Assembly: GCA_963664305.2 (NCBI GenBank)
Contig: CAXXLV010000001.1
Coordinates: forward strand, 896,001-960,000
Direction of reading: 5' to 3'
Length of the DNA: 64,000 bases
DNA from: an uncultured Aliarcobacter sp.
GTDB lineage: Bacteria > Campylobacterota > Campylobacteria > Campylobacterales > Arcobacteraceae
Below are positions 32,833-43,484 of the stretch, one piece after another. A program made the position numbers and the translations under genes. The notes below the pieces were generated by a model. The model worked only from the letters and a program-made list of their open reading frames with translations, was not told the DNA's origin and ran no database searches. How positions within the stretch are numbered: position 1 is the stretch's first letter; each line of letters starts with the position of its first letter.

Positions 32833-33801
32833 TTACATTCTGATTTCTTCTCTTTTTTGTAAGAAAGTCCATCTTTCATCAATTCTTTTTTGCCACTCAT
32901 CAATTAAATATTCATATTCAGGTTTGAATAAGTGTTTAAATCTTGGTTGAGCTCCTAAATAATCTCTTACAGGAACAATATTTTTTGGTCTGTAAGTAAT
33001 ATTTAATTCTCTTCCATCAATGATTTCATATAATGGGAATACAAGTGAATCAACTGCTAAATCAGAAACTTCAATAGTTTGATTTGGAGCAAATTTCCAC
33101 TCAGTTGTACAAGCTGACATTGCATTTATAAATACTGGACCATGAGTATCAAATCCTCTTTGGATTTTTTTAACCATGTCTTTCCATTTATTTGGAGCAA
33201 CTTGAGCAACATAAGGTGCACCATGAGCTGCCATAATAGAAACGATATCTTTTTTCTGTCTTTTTTCACCATATGAGTGAGAACCAGCTGGTGCAGTTGT
33301 TGTACTTGAACCAATTGGTGTTGAAGATGATCTTTGACCTCCAGTATTTGCATAAACTTCATTGTCTAAACAAACATACATAAAGTCATGTCCTCTTTCA
33401 AAACATCCAGAAATCCATTGGAATCCAATATCATAAGTTGAACCATCTCCACCAAATGTTACAAATTTTGGTTGAGGAGTATCTTCACTGATTCTTCCTT
33501 TGTTTCTTAAAGCTTTGTTCATTGTTTCAACACCTGCCATTGCAGTTGAAGAGTTCTCAAATCCAATATGAATCCATGAACAATCCCAAGAAGTATGAGG
33601 ATAAATAGCTGTACAAACTTCTAAACAACCAGTTGAAGCAGATACTACTAAGTTATCATTTGTTGCATTTAAAACTTCTCTAACAATAATAGAGTGAGCA
33701 CAACCTGGACATAAAAGGTGTGAACCCTCAAATCTTTCAGCTGCTGTTGAGAAAGCTTTTAAGTTTTTAATCTCTTTTTGAGTATTAACTAATGTACTCA
33801 T
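32833..33801 (-). CDS. porB: Pyruvate:ferredoxin/flavodoxin oxidoreductase beta subunit
   Basis: LCPGC, TGCLEV, GGDG, DNEVYANTGGQRS. Confidence 0.94.
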   Translation of the reverse strand: MSTLVNTQKEIKNLKAFSTAAERFEGSHLLCPGCAHSIIVREVLNATNDNLVVSASTGCLEVCTAIYPHTSWDCSWIHIGFENSSTAMAGVETMNKALRNKGRISEDTPQPKFVTFGGDGSTYDIGFQWISGCFERGHDFMYVCLDNEVYANTGGQRSSSTPIGSSTTTAPAGSHSYGEKRQKKDIVSIMAAHGAPYVAQVAPNKWKDMVKKIQRGFDTHGPVFINAMSACTTEWKFAPNQTIEVSDLAVDSLVFPLYEIIDGRELNITYRPKNIVPVRDYLGAQPRFKHLFKPEYEYLIDEWQKRIDERWTFLQKREEIRM

Positions 33802-35039
33802 TTTTGTGCTCCTTCTGCATTATAGAAGCTTAATTCTGGACCTCTTACTCCAATAAATCTTTGGATTTTTCCAGATAATTTACCTTCTTTTGCTTCTTTG
33901 TCTAAAGTTCTATAAATATCTTTTAATAAAGCAACAGTCATATCTCTTCCACCTAATCCATAGATTAAGTTAGACATTAATGGTCTGTTTGGAGTATTAA
34001 TTAATGCTCCAGAAATTTCGTTGAATAATGCTCCAACAGTTCCACCTGGTGCACTTCTATCCATACAAGCAATAGCTTTTACACCTTGTAATGCTTCAGC
34101 CATTTCTTCTAAAGGGAATGGTCTAAATACTCTAGGTGCAACAACACCAGCATTGATACCTTCTGCTTTTAATTGCTCAATTGCAAGCATTGCCGTTTCA
34201 TAAGTTGTACCTAAACAAACTATAGCAATATCAGCATTTTCCATATTATAAGTTTCAACAAGTTTATATTCTCTACCTGTTAATTCTTTAAATTCTTTAA
34301 ATACTTCAAGAATAACTTTTTTAGAACCCATTAATGCAGCATGTTGTTTTGCTTTATGTTCAAAGTGCCAATCTTGTTCTGTTTGAACACCGTGAGTAAC
34401 TGGTTTATCAAAATTTAATAATGCATTTACTTGTAAATAATCACCTACAAATTTACATGCAACTTCATCTGGAAGAGGAGTAACATTTTGTGCAGTGTGA
34501 GATGTCATAAATCCATCTTGATTTGAAATAACTGGTAATCTAACATCTGGATGCTCAGAAATTTTGAATGACATTAAAGTCATATCATAAGCTTGTTGAG
34601 GGTTAAATGCATCAAGTGAAATCCAACCAGAATCTCTAGTTAAATATAAATCAGAGTGGTCACCATTTACATTAAGTGGTGCTGCTAATGCTCTATTTAC
34701 TAAACATAAAACAACAGGAATTCTCATTCCAGATGCTTGGTATAAAACCTCAATCATAAGTGCTAAACCTTGAGATGAAGTTGCAGTTGCAACTCTTCCT
34801 CCAGCAGCTCCTGCTCCAACACAAGCAGACATTGCAGCATGCTCAGACTCAACCATAATTACTTCACCATCGATGTAACCATTTGCATGGAACATTGCAT
34901 AATTTTCAACTGTTGCAGTTGAAGGTGTAATAGGATAAGCAGCAACTACATCAACATCAGCTTGTCTTAAAGCTTGAGAATTTGCCATATTCCCATCCCA
35001 AACTTCAACTGTTTTTAATTCCATAACTTTTTTATTCAT
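33798..35039 (-). CDS. porA: Pyruvate oxidoreductase alpha subunit
   Basis: AAYPITPST, ESEHAAMS, TATSSQG, GLGGRD. Confidence 0.94.
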   Translation of the reverse strand: MNKKVMELKTVEVWDGNMANSQALRQADVDVVAAYPITPSTATVENYAMFHANGYIDGEVIMVESEHAAMSACVGAGAAGGRVATATSSQGLALMIEVLYQASGMRIPVVLCLVNRALAAPLNVNGDHSDLYLTRDSGWISLDAFNPQQAYDMTLMSFKISEHPDVRLPVISNQDGFMTSHTAQNVTPLPDEVACKFVGDYLQVNALLNFDKPVTHGVQTEQDWHFEHKAKQHAALMGSKKVILEVFKEFKELTGREYKLVETYNMENADIAIVCLGTTYETAMLAIEQLKAEGINAGVVAPRVFRPFPLEEMAEALQGVKAIACMDRSAPGGTVGALFNEISGALINTPNRPLMSNLIYGLGGRDMTVALLKDIYRTLDKEAKEGKLSGKIQRFIGVRGPELSFYNAEGAQK

Positions 35040-35449
35040 TATTCACCCTTTTTTTGTTTTACAGGCCATTGAGATAATGCTTCTTCTGTAGTAACATATT
35101 CATTAAACATTAATAGTGATTTTGGATTTGTAGGACAAACACTTACACATAATCCACAACCTTTACAGTGTTCGTAATCAACACCTTTCATCTCTTTATT
35201 TCTTGCAATAATTGATGAATCTGGACAGAAAATCCAACAGTTTTGACAGTCAATACAAGTTTCAGAATTCCAAACTGGTTTAATAACTCTCCAGTCTCCA
35301 ACGCTCATACTTTTTGAACTAGTCTCTGAATACATTCTATCTTCTGGTTGAATTTCAGCAATATTATAATCTATACTTCCATCGAATGTGTAAAGAGCAG
35401 CACCAGGTACTAACTCATCCCATCCCATTTCTTTAATTGGTTTACTCAT
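35039..35449 (-). CDS. porD: Pyruvate oxidoreductase delta subunit (2x4Fe-4S)
   Basis: GDWR, CIDCQNCWIFCP, CKGCGLCVSVCP. Confidence 0.94.
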   Translation of the reverse strand: MSKPIKEMGWDELVPGAALYTFDGSIDYNIAEIQPEDRMYSETSSKSMSVGDWRVIKPVWNSETCIDCQNCWIFCPDSSIIARNKEMKGVDYEHCKGCGLCVSVCPTNPKSLLMFNEYVTTEEALSQWPVKQKKGE

Positions 35450-35460
35450 TTTTTATCCTT

Positions 35461-36024
35461 CTAATGAACTTCGTCATAAGCTCTTTGGATTGCTACCATA
35501 TTTGCTTCAATAATATTAGCTGGTAACTTTTTAAGAACGTGTTTCATTTTATTTTTAAAATCTTCAATTTCAAACATTCCACTAACTTTCATAAATGCAC
35601 CAAGCATTGGAGTATTAGGAATTGCTTTTCCAATAGTTTCTCTCGCAATTTGGAAACAGTCAAGAATAAATACTCTTTCTTTAATTTCTTCTAGTTCTGG
35701 AACTAAAGAGATTAAATCCTCTTTGCTAAGGTGAGTTGTAATAATATATTTAGTTGTATCTTTACCATTAGCAGTTATATTATCCGTTATAGCAAGACCT
35801 GGATCTAATATAAATACAAAATCAGGACTCATATATTTTTCATGATTTAAAATTACATTATCGTCAATTCTATTGTAGGCAGTCATTGACGCACCTCTTT
35901 TAGCTGAACCATAAAATGCAAAGGCTTGAACTTGTTTACCAGATTCCGCTACAATTGAACCAAGACCTTTTGCACCTGTTACAGCACCTTGACCTGCACG
36001 GCTATGCCATCTAATTTCTAACAT
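35461..36024 (-). CDS. porC: Pyruvate oxidoreductase gamma subunit
   Basis: MLEIRWHSRAGQGAVT, YGSAKRGA, PNTPMLGA. Confidence 0.94.
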   Translation of the reverse strand: MLEIRWHSRAGQGAVTGAKGLGSIVAESGKQVQAFAFYGSAKRGASMTAYNRIDDNVILNHEKYMSPDFVFILDPGLAITDNITANGKDTTKYIITTHLSKEDLISLVPELEEIKERVFILDCFQIARETIGKAIPNTPMLGAFMKVSGMFEIEDFKNKMKHVLKKLPANIIEANMVAIQRAYDEVH

Positions 36025-36353
36025 AGAGGCTCTCCTTATTTAAAATATTAAATTTGACTTAAAAAATTTAATTAGTCTTCTGTATTATAGAAGATTTTAA
36101 CTTAAATCAACTTTTATTTCTGAAATTTAAAAAAAAAGTGACACAAAAATTCACACATGTGAGTAGAAAAAATAAAAAAAAATAGCAAAAAAGAAAACAA
36201 ACATAAATTATCAAAGGCTTTAATAAGCCCAATATATAGTAAATTGAGGAATTATTAACAATAAAAAATAAATATTCTATATTATAGAAATAAAAACTTG
36301 TTATTTTATATCTTTTTAAAAGTAGTTTTTTAAATTAAGCAATATTTAATTAA

Positions 36354-37010
36354 TTAAATATTGCTTGAAAGAAATTTTACAGCATCGAGAGAATTATTTT
36401 CAATATAATTTGTGTATTTTAGAAGTTCATCTCTTTCTCCATATCCACATAAAACACCAATTGAGTTAATATTTGCATCATTTGCAGCAATTAAATCAAG
36501 TTTAGTATCTCCTATCATCCAAACATCATGAATATTTTTATCATATTTCATTTGTTCAAGAGTAATTAAAATCGGCTCTGGATGTGGTTTTGGATTTTGA
36601 ACATTTTCTCTACCTGTTATGATTTCAAAAAATTGAGTAATATTAAAATGGTCAAGTAAAGGAATAGTATACATTCTTGTTTTTGTAGTAACGACACTAA
36701 CCCTTGCAATTTTAGAAGCCAGTTCAACAGCTTCGTAAGCATTTTCTAAAAGAGTAGTTTGTTCTTTAGAAATAATTCTATATCTATTTTTATAAGAATC
36801 AACGAAATCCCAAACTTTAGTTTCATCAACACCTAAATTTTTATACATTATATCAAGAGGATAACCAATCAAATTTTTTATATCTTGTTCTGTTCCATTA
36901 AAATTAAAATTTAATTCATTAAATGAGTGTTTAAAAGTTGAAACTATTGCATCAGTTGAATCAATCAAAGTTCCATCTAAATCAAAAAGTATGATTTTAT
37001 TTTTTTCCAT
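36354..37010 (-). CDS. HAD-family hydrolase (phosphoglycolate phosphatase-like)
   Basis: FDLDGTLIDS, KPHPEP, IGDT..D; start moved to ATG 37010 (AAGGA SD). Confidence 0.9.
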   Translation of the reverse strand: MEKNKIILFDLDGTLIDSTDAIVSTFKHSFNELNFNFNGTEQDIKNLIGYPLDIMYKNLGVDETKVWDFVDSYKNRYRIISKEQTTLLENAYEAVELASKIARVSVVTTKTRMYTIPLLDHFNITQFFEIITGRENVQNPKPHPEPILITLEQMKYDKNIHDVWMIGDTKLDLIAANDANINSIGVLCGYGERDELLKYTNYIENNSLDAVKFLSSNI

Positions 37011-37018
37011 TTCTTTCC

Positions 37019-38521
37019 TTATTCTTCTATTTGCCAATCTTTTTGATTGTGCATTATTCCTACAAAAGCAGGTTCTATATTTTTTATTCTTTTATTAACA
37101 GCTGTTATACCATCAGGTATATACAAAAATAAATATGGCAAATCATCACTTATGATTTGGAAAATTTCTTTATAAATTGTTCCTAATTCATCTCTATTGA
37201 TTGTATTCATACCTTTTTCTATTAATTTATCAACAGTTTCATTTTTATATGAAACTAAATTAAAGCCACCAAGTTTTGCACTTGAACTATGCCAAAGTGG
37301 ATAGGCATCAGGCATAAGTGCAAGTGACCAACCAAGAAGTACTGCTTCAAAATTTCTTGGATGAACAACAGTATTTAAAAAAGCTTGCCATTCCATAACA
37401 CGGATTTTCATTATAACACCAGCTTTTTGTAATTGATATTGTAAAATTTGTGCAGCATTTATTCTTATATCATTTCCTGTATTTGTAACAACTTCAAAAA
37501 TAAAAGGATTATTTTCATCATAACCTGCTTCTTTTAACAAGGCTTTTGCTTTTTCTATATTTTGAGTTATTGGTTTTACATTTTCATTATATGCAAATGA
37601 ACCAGGTAGAAATGGGCCATTACAAACTTTTCCATAACCAAAAAAAAGTATATCAACTAATTCTTGTCTATCTATAGCTACAGATAATGCTTCTCTAATT
37701 TTTTTATCTTTAAATTTCTCATTATTTAAATTAAATCCTAAATAACTAAAAGAAAAACTAGGTTTTTGTAAAATAGTGTAATCATTTCTAAAGTTTTCAT
37801 CTATTTGTCTATCAATTTGAATAGGATCAAGTCCACCAATATCAAGTTTTTTTTGTTTTAAATATAAAAAAGAAGTATTTGGGTCTGGTAAAAATTGATA
37901 ATTTATTTTTTCAATTTTTGGTTTGCCTTCAAAGTAGTTTTCATTTGCAATTAATTCAATATCTTGACCAGTCTTAAACTCTTTTAATTTATATGAACCT
38001 GTTCCTATTGGATTTTTATTAAATGAACTTGTCATTAAATCTTTTTCATCTTTTAAAATATGATATGGTAAAAGTCCAACCATCCAAGTTTCAATTGCTT
38101 TAAAATAAGGTTTTTTATAAATGATTTCAATAGTAAAATCATCAAGAGCTTTTACACTTTGAACTTCTGTAAAATTTGATTTTATAGAATTAAAAACTTT
38201 TGGATTAATGATTTGTTCATATGTAAAGATTACATCTTGAGCTGTAACTTTAATATTATCATGCCAAAATACATTATCTCTTAATTTTACAACTAGTTTT
38301 GTTGGTGTTTCAAAAGAGTAAGATTTCGCTAAATCAACTGTTGGTTTTCCATCTTTATCATATTTAAATAAACCATTAAACAACCAATCAGAAATTTCAG
38401 AACTAGCAGAATCATTAGCTAGTATAGGATTTAATCTGCTAGGACTAGATGTCATAGATAAGTTTAATGTACTTGCAGTTAAATATGTAAAAAATAATAG
38501 AGTATAGATTAAAAATTTCAT
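37019..38521 (-). CDS. Peptide ABC transporter substrate-binding protein (family 5)
   Basis: LNP, LRDNVFWHD...VTAQDV.FT, PIGTG.YK; start moved to ATG 38521 (signal peptide; the longer ORF overlaps rpsI). Confidence 0.92.
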   Translation of the reverse strand: MKFLIYTLLFFTYLTASTLNLSMTSSPSRLNPILANDSASSEISDWLFNGLFKYDKDGKPTVDLAKSYSFETPTKLVVKLRDNVFWHDNIKVTAQDVIFTYEQIINPKVFNSIKSNFTEVQSVKALDDFTIEIIYKKPYFKAIETWMVGLLPYHILKDEKDLMTSSFNKNPIGTGSYKLKEFKTGQDIELIANENYFEGKPKIEKINYQFLPDPNTSFLYLKQKKLDIGGLDPIQIDRQIDENFRNDYTILQKPSFSFSYLGFNLNNEKFKDKKIREALSVAIDRQELVDILFFGYGKVCNGPFLPGSFAYNENVKPITQNIEKAKALLKEAGYDENNPFIFEVVTNTGNDIRINAAQILQYQLQKAGVIMKIRVMEWQAFLNTVVHPRNFEAVLLGWSLALMPDAYPLWHSSSAKLGGFNLVSYKNETVDKLIEKGMNTINRDELGTIYKEIFQIISDDLPYLFLYIPDGITAVNKRIKNIEPAFVGIMHNQKDWQIEE

Positions 38522-38558
38522 AGGGTATTGTATTGTTTTTTTATAAAAAAAGGCATAA

Positions 38559-38587
38559 AAAAAGGAGCAACTTTGTCGCTCCTTTTT
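38559..38587 (-). terminator. rplM-rpsI terminator
   Basis: AAAAAGGAGC-N9-GCTCCTTTTT. Confidence 0.8.
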
Positions 38588-38624
38588 GAAAATAGTAAAG
38601 AAATATACTCTTCGAAAATACCAA

Positions 38625-39014
38625 TTATCTTTTTGAGAATTGAGAAGATTTTCTTGCTTTTTTCTTTCCGTATTTTTTTCTTTCAACAGATCTTGCATCT
38701 CTTGTTAATAAACCATGAGGTTTTAAGATTGTTCTGAATTGCTCATCAAAAGCAACTAATGCTCTTGAGATACCGTGTCTTGTAGCATCAGCTTGAGCTG
38801 AATAACCACCACCTAAAGTTTTAACTACGATATTTACAGAAGTTTCTTGTTTAGAAACATTTAATGGTTGCATAACTCTTTTTTTGATTGACTCATGTCC
38901 ACCTAACCACGCATCTAAAGTTTGACCGTTAATTGTTAATTGTCCATTTCCAGACTCTAACCATACTTTAGCTACTGCTGTTTTTCTTCTTCCAGTTGCA
39001 TATACTTTTGCCAT
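38625..39014 (-). CDS. rpsI: 30S ribosomal protein S9
   Basis: ATGRRK, GGG..AQ, ERKKYG...QFSKR. Confidence 0.99.
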   Translation of the reverse strand: MAKVYATGRRKTAVAKVWLESGNGQLTINGQTLDAWLGGHESIKKRVMQPLNVSKQETSVNIVVKTLGGGYSAQADATRHGISRALVAFDEQFRTILKPHGLLTRDARSVERKKYGKKKARKSSQFSKR

Positions 39015-39019
39015 TACTA

Positions 39020-39439
39020 TTATCCTTTAATTTGCGCAGTATGAGGATGTTCACTTCCTGCATATACTTTTAATTTTTTTAACATAGCTTTACCAAGAGT
39101 AGTTTTTGGAAGCATACCTCTAGTAGCTAATTTGTATAGTTTTTCTGGGTTTTTTTCAAACATTTCAGACATTTTGTGAGTTTTAGTACTTCCAAAGTAT
39201 CCTGAGTGAGTGAAATAGTTTTTATCTTCTAGTTTTTTACCAGAAAATTTTGCTTTTGATGCATTTATAATTACAACAAAATCTCCACAATCTACGTTTG
39301 GTGTGAAGCAAGGTTTGTTTTTTCCTCTTAAGATAGATGCAACTTCAGTAATAATTCTTCCGAATACTTTACCTTCAGCGTCTACTACTATCCAATCTCT
39401 TTCGATTTCGTTAGCTTTTGCCATTTGAGTAAATTTCAT
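39020..39439 (-). CDS. rplM: 50S ribosomal protein L13
   Basis: LRGKNKP.FTP.VDCGD, GMLPK, HPHTAQ. Confidence 0.99.
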   Translation of the reverse strand: MKFTQMAKANEIERDWIVVDAEGKVFGRIITEVASILRGKNKPCFTPNVDCGDFVVIINASKAKFSGKKLEDKNYFTHSGYFGSTKTHKMSEMFEKNPEKLYKLATRGMLPKTTLGKAMLKKLKVYAGSEHPHTAQIKG

Positions 39440-39514
39440 TTATTTTCTCCGCTTTTTTAATGAGGTGGAATAATAGTGTAGTAATACTTAAAAAATACTT
39501 AAATTAAGTAATTT

Positions 39515-40900
39515 TTAATATTTTATGCAAAATTGAGAGCCTTTTTTTATTTCAGAACTAATTTCAAGAGTAAAATGATGTAAATTTAATATAGATTGCA
39601 CTATAAAAAGACCAAGTCCTAAAGAGTTATTCCAACCATTATTTGATACACGATAAAACTTTTGGTTAATATTTTCAAGTTCTTTTTGTTCTATCCCAAT
39701 TCCTTTATCAATAATACAAATAGAATTAACACTAAGATTTACAATTACATTATGTTCTGAATATTTTAATGCATTTTCAATAAGATTTGAAATAGCCATT
39801 GAAATAAGTGTTTCATCTACATTTAGATTTATATCTTCACCTTGAAGTATAATATCTCTATTTTTATATTTATCTTTTAAATCACTAATACAATTTTCAA
39901 TTAATTTTTTCATAGAACAAGGAATTAAAAGTAGTTCTTGTTTGCCTTCTTCAAGTTTTAATGTAAGTCTTAATTTATCAATTATGTGTGACATTTTATT
40001 TGCATTGTTATAAATCTTGTTTAAAAACTTATTTTTCATTATAAGAGGCATATTTTCATCATTTAAAATACTTTCACTATATCCTGAGATAATTGCGATT
40101 GGATTTTTAAATTCATGTGAAATTGCAGAAATTATTTCATCTTTTTGTCTATTTGAAAGTTTTAGCTTTGCAGTTTGTTTTGCTTTTTGTTTCTCTTTTT
40201 TCGACAATTTTAATGCAACTTTATTTAATAACTTTGTAATTTTATAAAATTCGAAAGTATATGTAGATTTTAGAGGAAAAGATGTTTTTTTATTTGCTAA
40301 TTGAGTTAGAAAATATAAAACATTATCTGTCTCTTTTTTTATTCGTAAACTAATAAAATAAGTAGCTAAAAAAGCAATGATTAAAAAGAAAGTTATATAC
40401 ATAAAAATTTCTATGGTTAATTTCATAAAATTATCTGTGATTTTATTTGTATAATCAGCCATTCTAATAAAATAGATAGAATCATTTAATGTAATCTTTT
40501 TTGCAATATACAATAAATCTTTTTTTAGTGTTTCTGATGTTCTTGTATCTTTACCTAAACCTACATTTCTAGCTTGAATAATTTCAACTCTATTTGCATG
40601 ATTTTTTATTTGTGATAAATCTTTATCACTTTCAGCAATTACATTACCTTTTTCATCAATTATTGTAATTCGTAAGTTTAGTTCAGTATGTAAATCTTTT
40701 ACTATAGTTCTTATATTTTCAATATTATTGAAATTTTTTAAAAGAATTGATAATGTATCAATATTTTGAATAAGGTTTTTTTCTATTTGATTTAAATAAA
40801 GATTTTTTGCCCAAAAATATGTAACTAAAGTAAGTGTAATTAAAATAGCAGCAAATATAGTTATATATGTTCTTAAAAAGACTTGATGAATTTTTAACAA
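39515..40900 (-). CDS. PhoR-like sensor histidine kinase
   Basis: Two TM helices, SHEFKNP, NLIENALKY, GLGL; located in the pst locus. Confidence 0.88.
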   Translation of the reverse strand: MLKIHQVFLRTYITIFAAILITLTLVTYFWAKNLYLNQIEKNLIQNIDTLSILLKNFNNIENIRTIVKDLHTELNLRITIIDEKGNVIAESDKDLSQIKNHANRVEIIQARNVGLGKDTRTSETLKKDLLYIAKKITLNDSIYFIRMADYTNKITDNFMKLTIEIFMYITFFLIIAFLATYFISLRIKKETDNVLYFLTQLANKKTSFPLKSTYTFEFYKITKLLNKVALKLSKKEKQKAKQTAKLKLSNRQKDEIISAISHEFKNPIAIISGYSESILNDENMPLIMKNKFLNKIYNNANKMSHIIDKLRLTLKLEEGKQELLLIPCSMKKLIENCISDLKDKYKNRDIILQGEDINLNVDETLISMAISNLIENALKYSEHNVIVNLSVNSICIIDKGIGIEQKELENINQKFYRVSNNGWNNSLGLGLFIVQSILNLHHFTLEISSEIKKGSQFCIKY

Positions 40901-41568
40901 AAAATATAACCTTCTCCTCTAATTGAACGAATATAATCTTTTTCGCCATTAGGGTCAATTTTAGCTTTTAATCTTTTAATTGCAACATTTACAGTTTTTT
41001 CTTTTTTATCAAAAGAATCTTCCCAAACTTTATTTAATAAATGTTCTCTAGTCATCAAAATATCTTTGTTTTTTATAAATTCTAAAAGTAAATCATGTTC
41101 AAGATGAGTTAATTCTATCTCTTTATCATCAATAAAAAATTTTTTATTTGCTGATTTATAAACTATATCTTTAACTTTAAGTACATCAACTTCTTTTGAG
41201 CTTCTTTTTATAACAGCTTTTATTCTTGCACATAACTCTTTTAGATTAAAAGGTTTAGTTATATAATCATCAGCATGAGAATCAAAACCTTCTATAATAT
41301 CTTCATCGTCATCTTTTGCTGTTACATAAATCACAGGATTTGAGTAACCTTGTTTTTTGATTTCATTTATAAAAGTTGTTCCTTCTATTCCAGGAAGATT
41401 TCTGTCCATTAAGATTAAGTCAATTTGTTCTTCATCTAAAACTTTTCTTACATTTTTATCTACAGTTAAAAAACCAATGGTTTCATACCCTTCTTTTTGA
41501 AGAGTGTATTCAAGTAGTTCTAAAATATCTTCTTCATCTTCAACAATTAAAATAAGTTTGTTATTCAT
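40894..41568 (-). CDS. PhoB-like OmpR-family response regulator
   Basis: VEDE, LMDRNLP, DDYITKPF, IRGEGY. Confidence 0.9.
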   Translation of the reverse strand: MNNKLILIVEDEEDILELLEYTLQKEGYETIGFLTVDKNVRKVLDEEQIDLILMDRNLPGIEGTTFINEIKKQGYSNPVIYVTAKDDDEDIIEGFDSHADDYITKPFNLKELCARIKAVIKRSSKEVDVLKVKDIVYKSANKKFFIDDKEIELTHLEHDLLLEFIKNKDILMTREHLLNKVWEDSFDKKEKTVNVAIKRLKAKIDPNGEKDYIRSIRGEGYIFC

Positions 41569-42010
41569 CTGGTGTTGACTCTCTTGTAGTTACGATTTTT
41601 TTATTAGGTCTGTCATCCTCATATTCAATAACAGTATCTTTAGAAATTTTTATAATTCCAGGAGAGAATTTAATAGCAAGAATTCTAAACATAAAAAATA
41701 CAAAAATTACAAATAATAAGAAAGTAATATCAAAGTAATCTCTATTTTTGTTTGTTGTTAAGATAATAACGTCACGTATTAAGAAGATGATAAAAATATC
41801 AATAATATATCTAAGTCGTAAAGTCTCTTTTTTGATAAAATCAGAAACCATTTTTACAACTTCCATAATAACAATAAATTCTAACATAAGAATAATTGCC
41901 TTGTAAAATTCTTTACCTGAAGCTATTATTCCAATGAAAATTATTGTTCCAGCAAGAACTTCAAAGTTAGTGCTAAAATACTCTTTTATCTTATTGATTG
42001 CCTTTTTCAT
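41561..42010 (-). CDS. PsiE-family phosphate-starvation-inducible membrane protein
   Basis: Four hydrophobic helices with E...LRYIIDI....IR pattern; locus context. Confidence 0.7.
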   Translation of the reverse strand: MKKAINKIKEYFSTNFEVLAGTIIFIGIIASGKEFYKAIILMLEFIVIMEVVKMVSDFIKKETLRLRYIIDIFIIFLIRDVIILTTNKNRDYFDITFLLFVIFVFFMFRILAIKFSPGIIKISKDTVIEYEDDRPNKKIVTTRESTPDE

Positions 42011-42031
42011 GTGAAAAGTATATCATAAAAA

Positions 42032-42700
42032 TTATGATTGTACTATATCTCCTCCAATCTGAGCAAATTGTAATAAGTTAGCAATAGATACAGCTCTATC
42101 AGCTATTTTTTCTAATCTTCTAAGAGCACTTAATGTATCAAAATACTCTTTTGATAAATCTAATTTTTTAGTAATTAATTTTAAAATATTTTTTTCAATC
42201 ATTAAATATAAATCATCAGTTTTACTCTCTTCAACAATAACTCTATGATATTTTTCTTCAATATGAGCTGCACTTGTTTCATCAATAATTGAAATTGATG
42301 TTTTTAAAGATAAAAGGGCAGATTTTAATAATGGAACAGCATATTCTAAAATCATTGGAGTGTTTAAATCTTCCGAATATGATTTTTTGAACATTTTTGC
42401 GAAATCTTTTGCATTTGAACCTGTTCTTACAAGTTCATTTGTGATTTTTAAAAATGAAACTAATTGTCTTAAATCTTTTGCTTCAGGTGAATAAAGTGCT
42501 AGAGTTGTAACAATGATGTTATCAATTTCATTTGATTTAATAAGAAGTTTTTTCTCTGTAATTTCTACATTTTTTAAATCTTCTATTTTTCTTTCTTCTA
42601 AAGCTTTTAAACAAATTTCTAAAGCTTCAACAACATCAACACCAATTTTTAATATCTCATCTTTGATATTTTGTAATTTTATTTCGTAAGGTTTTAACAT
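42032..42700 (-). CDS. phoU: Phosphate signalling protein PhoU
   Basis: P.AKDLR, LEKIADRA..IA. Confidence 0.92.
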   Translation of the reverse strand: MLKPYEIKLQNIKDEILKIGVDVVEALEICLKALEERKIEDLKNVEITEKKLLIKSNEIDNIIVTTLALYSPEAKDLRQLVSFLKITNELVRTGSNAKDFAKMFKKSYSEDLNTPMILEYAVPLLKSALLSLKTSISIIDETSAAHIEEKYHRVIVEESKTDDLYLMIEKNILKLITKKLDLSKEYFDTLSALRRLEKIADRAVSIANLLQFAQIGGDIVQS

Positions 42701-43473
42701 TATCCAAATCTCCCTGTAATATAATCTTCTGTTTTTTTATTGTGCGGATTAACAAAAATAGTTTCTGTTTCATCGTACTCGATTAACTTTCCAAGATGGA
42801 AAAAGGCAGTGTAGTCTGCTACCCTAGCAGCTTGTTGCATATTGTGAGTTACCGTAATAATTGTATAATCTTGTTTTAATTCAAGCATTAAAGCTTCAAT
42901 TTTTTCTGTACTTATTGGGTCAAGTGCAGATGTTGGTTCATCCATTAATATAACTTCAGGTCTAACTGCAATTGTTCTTGCAATACAAAGTCTTTGTTGT
43001 TGACCTCCACTAAGTGAAGTTCCAGGTTGAGTTAATTTATCTTTTACTTCATTCCAAAGTCCTGATTTAATTAAAGAAGTTTCAACTAATTCATCACACT
43101 CTTTACCTTTTTTTACAATCCCATGTTTTAAAGGTGCATATGCAACATTGTCATAGATTGATTTTGGAAAAGGATTTGGTTGTTGAAATACCATTCCAAT
43201 TTTTTTTCTAACACTTACTTCATCAACATCTTTATCATAGATGTTTTTATTGTCAATAATTATTGAACCATCAATTTTTACTATTGGAATTAAATCATTC
43301 ATTCTATTGATACATCTTAAAAATGTAGATTTTCCACAACCAGATGGTCCAATTAAAGCTGTAATTTTGTTTTCATATAAATTTGCAGTAATATCATATA
43401 AAGCTTGATTTGAACCATAAAAAAGATTTAGGTTTCTTACATCAATTTTAGTTTTATTTTCATTTGCTATCAT
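42700..43473 (-). CDS. pstB: Phosphate ABC ATP-binding protein
   Basis: [37 protein letters not shown]; start moved to ATG 43473. Confidence 0.97.
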   Translation of the reverse strand: MIANENKTKIDVRNLNLFYGSNQALYDITANLYENKITALIGPSGCGKSTFLRCINRMNDLIPIVKIDGSIIIDNKNIYDKDVDEVSVRKKIGMVFQQPNPFPKSIYDNVAYAPLKHGIVKKGKECDELVETSLIKSGLWNEVKDKLTQPGTSLSGGQQQRLCIARTIAVRPEVILMDEPTSALDPISTEKIEALMLELKQDYTIITVTHNMQQAARVADYTAFFHLGKLIEYDETETIFVNPHNKKTEDYITGRFG

Positions 43474-43484
43474 AAATTTTCCTT

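Noticed and set aside
38522..38698. N-terminal extension of the 559-aa ORF
   Set aside because: It overlaps rpsI and its terminator; the signal peptide begins at 38521
39480..39512. TACTTAA repeats upstream of rplM, similar at rpsT, rpmI and thrS
   Set aside because: Consistent with the periodic AT-rich upstream signal of Campylobacterota sigma70 promoters rather than a specific operator
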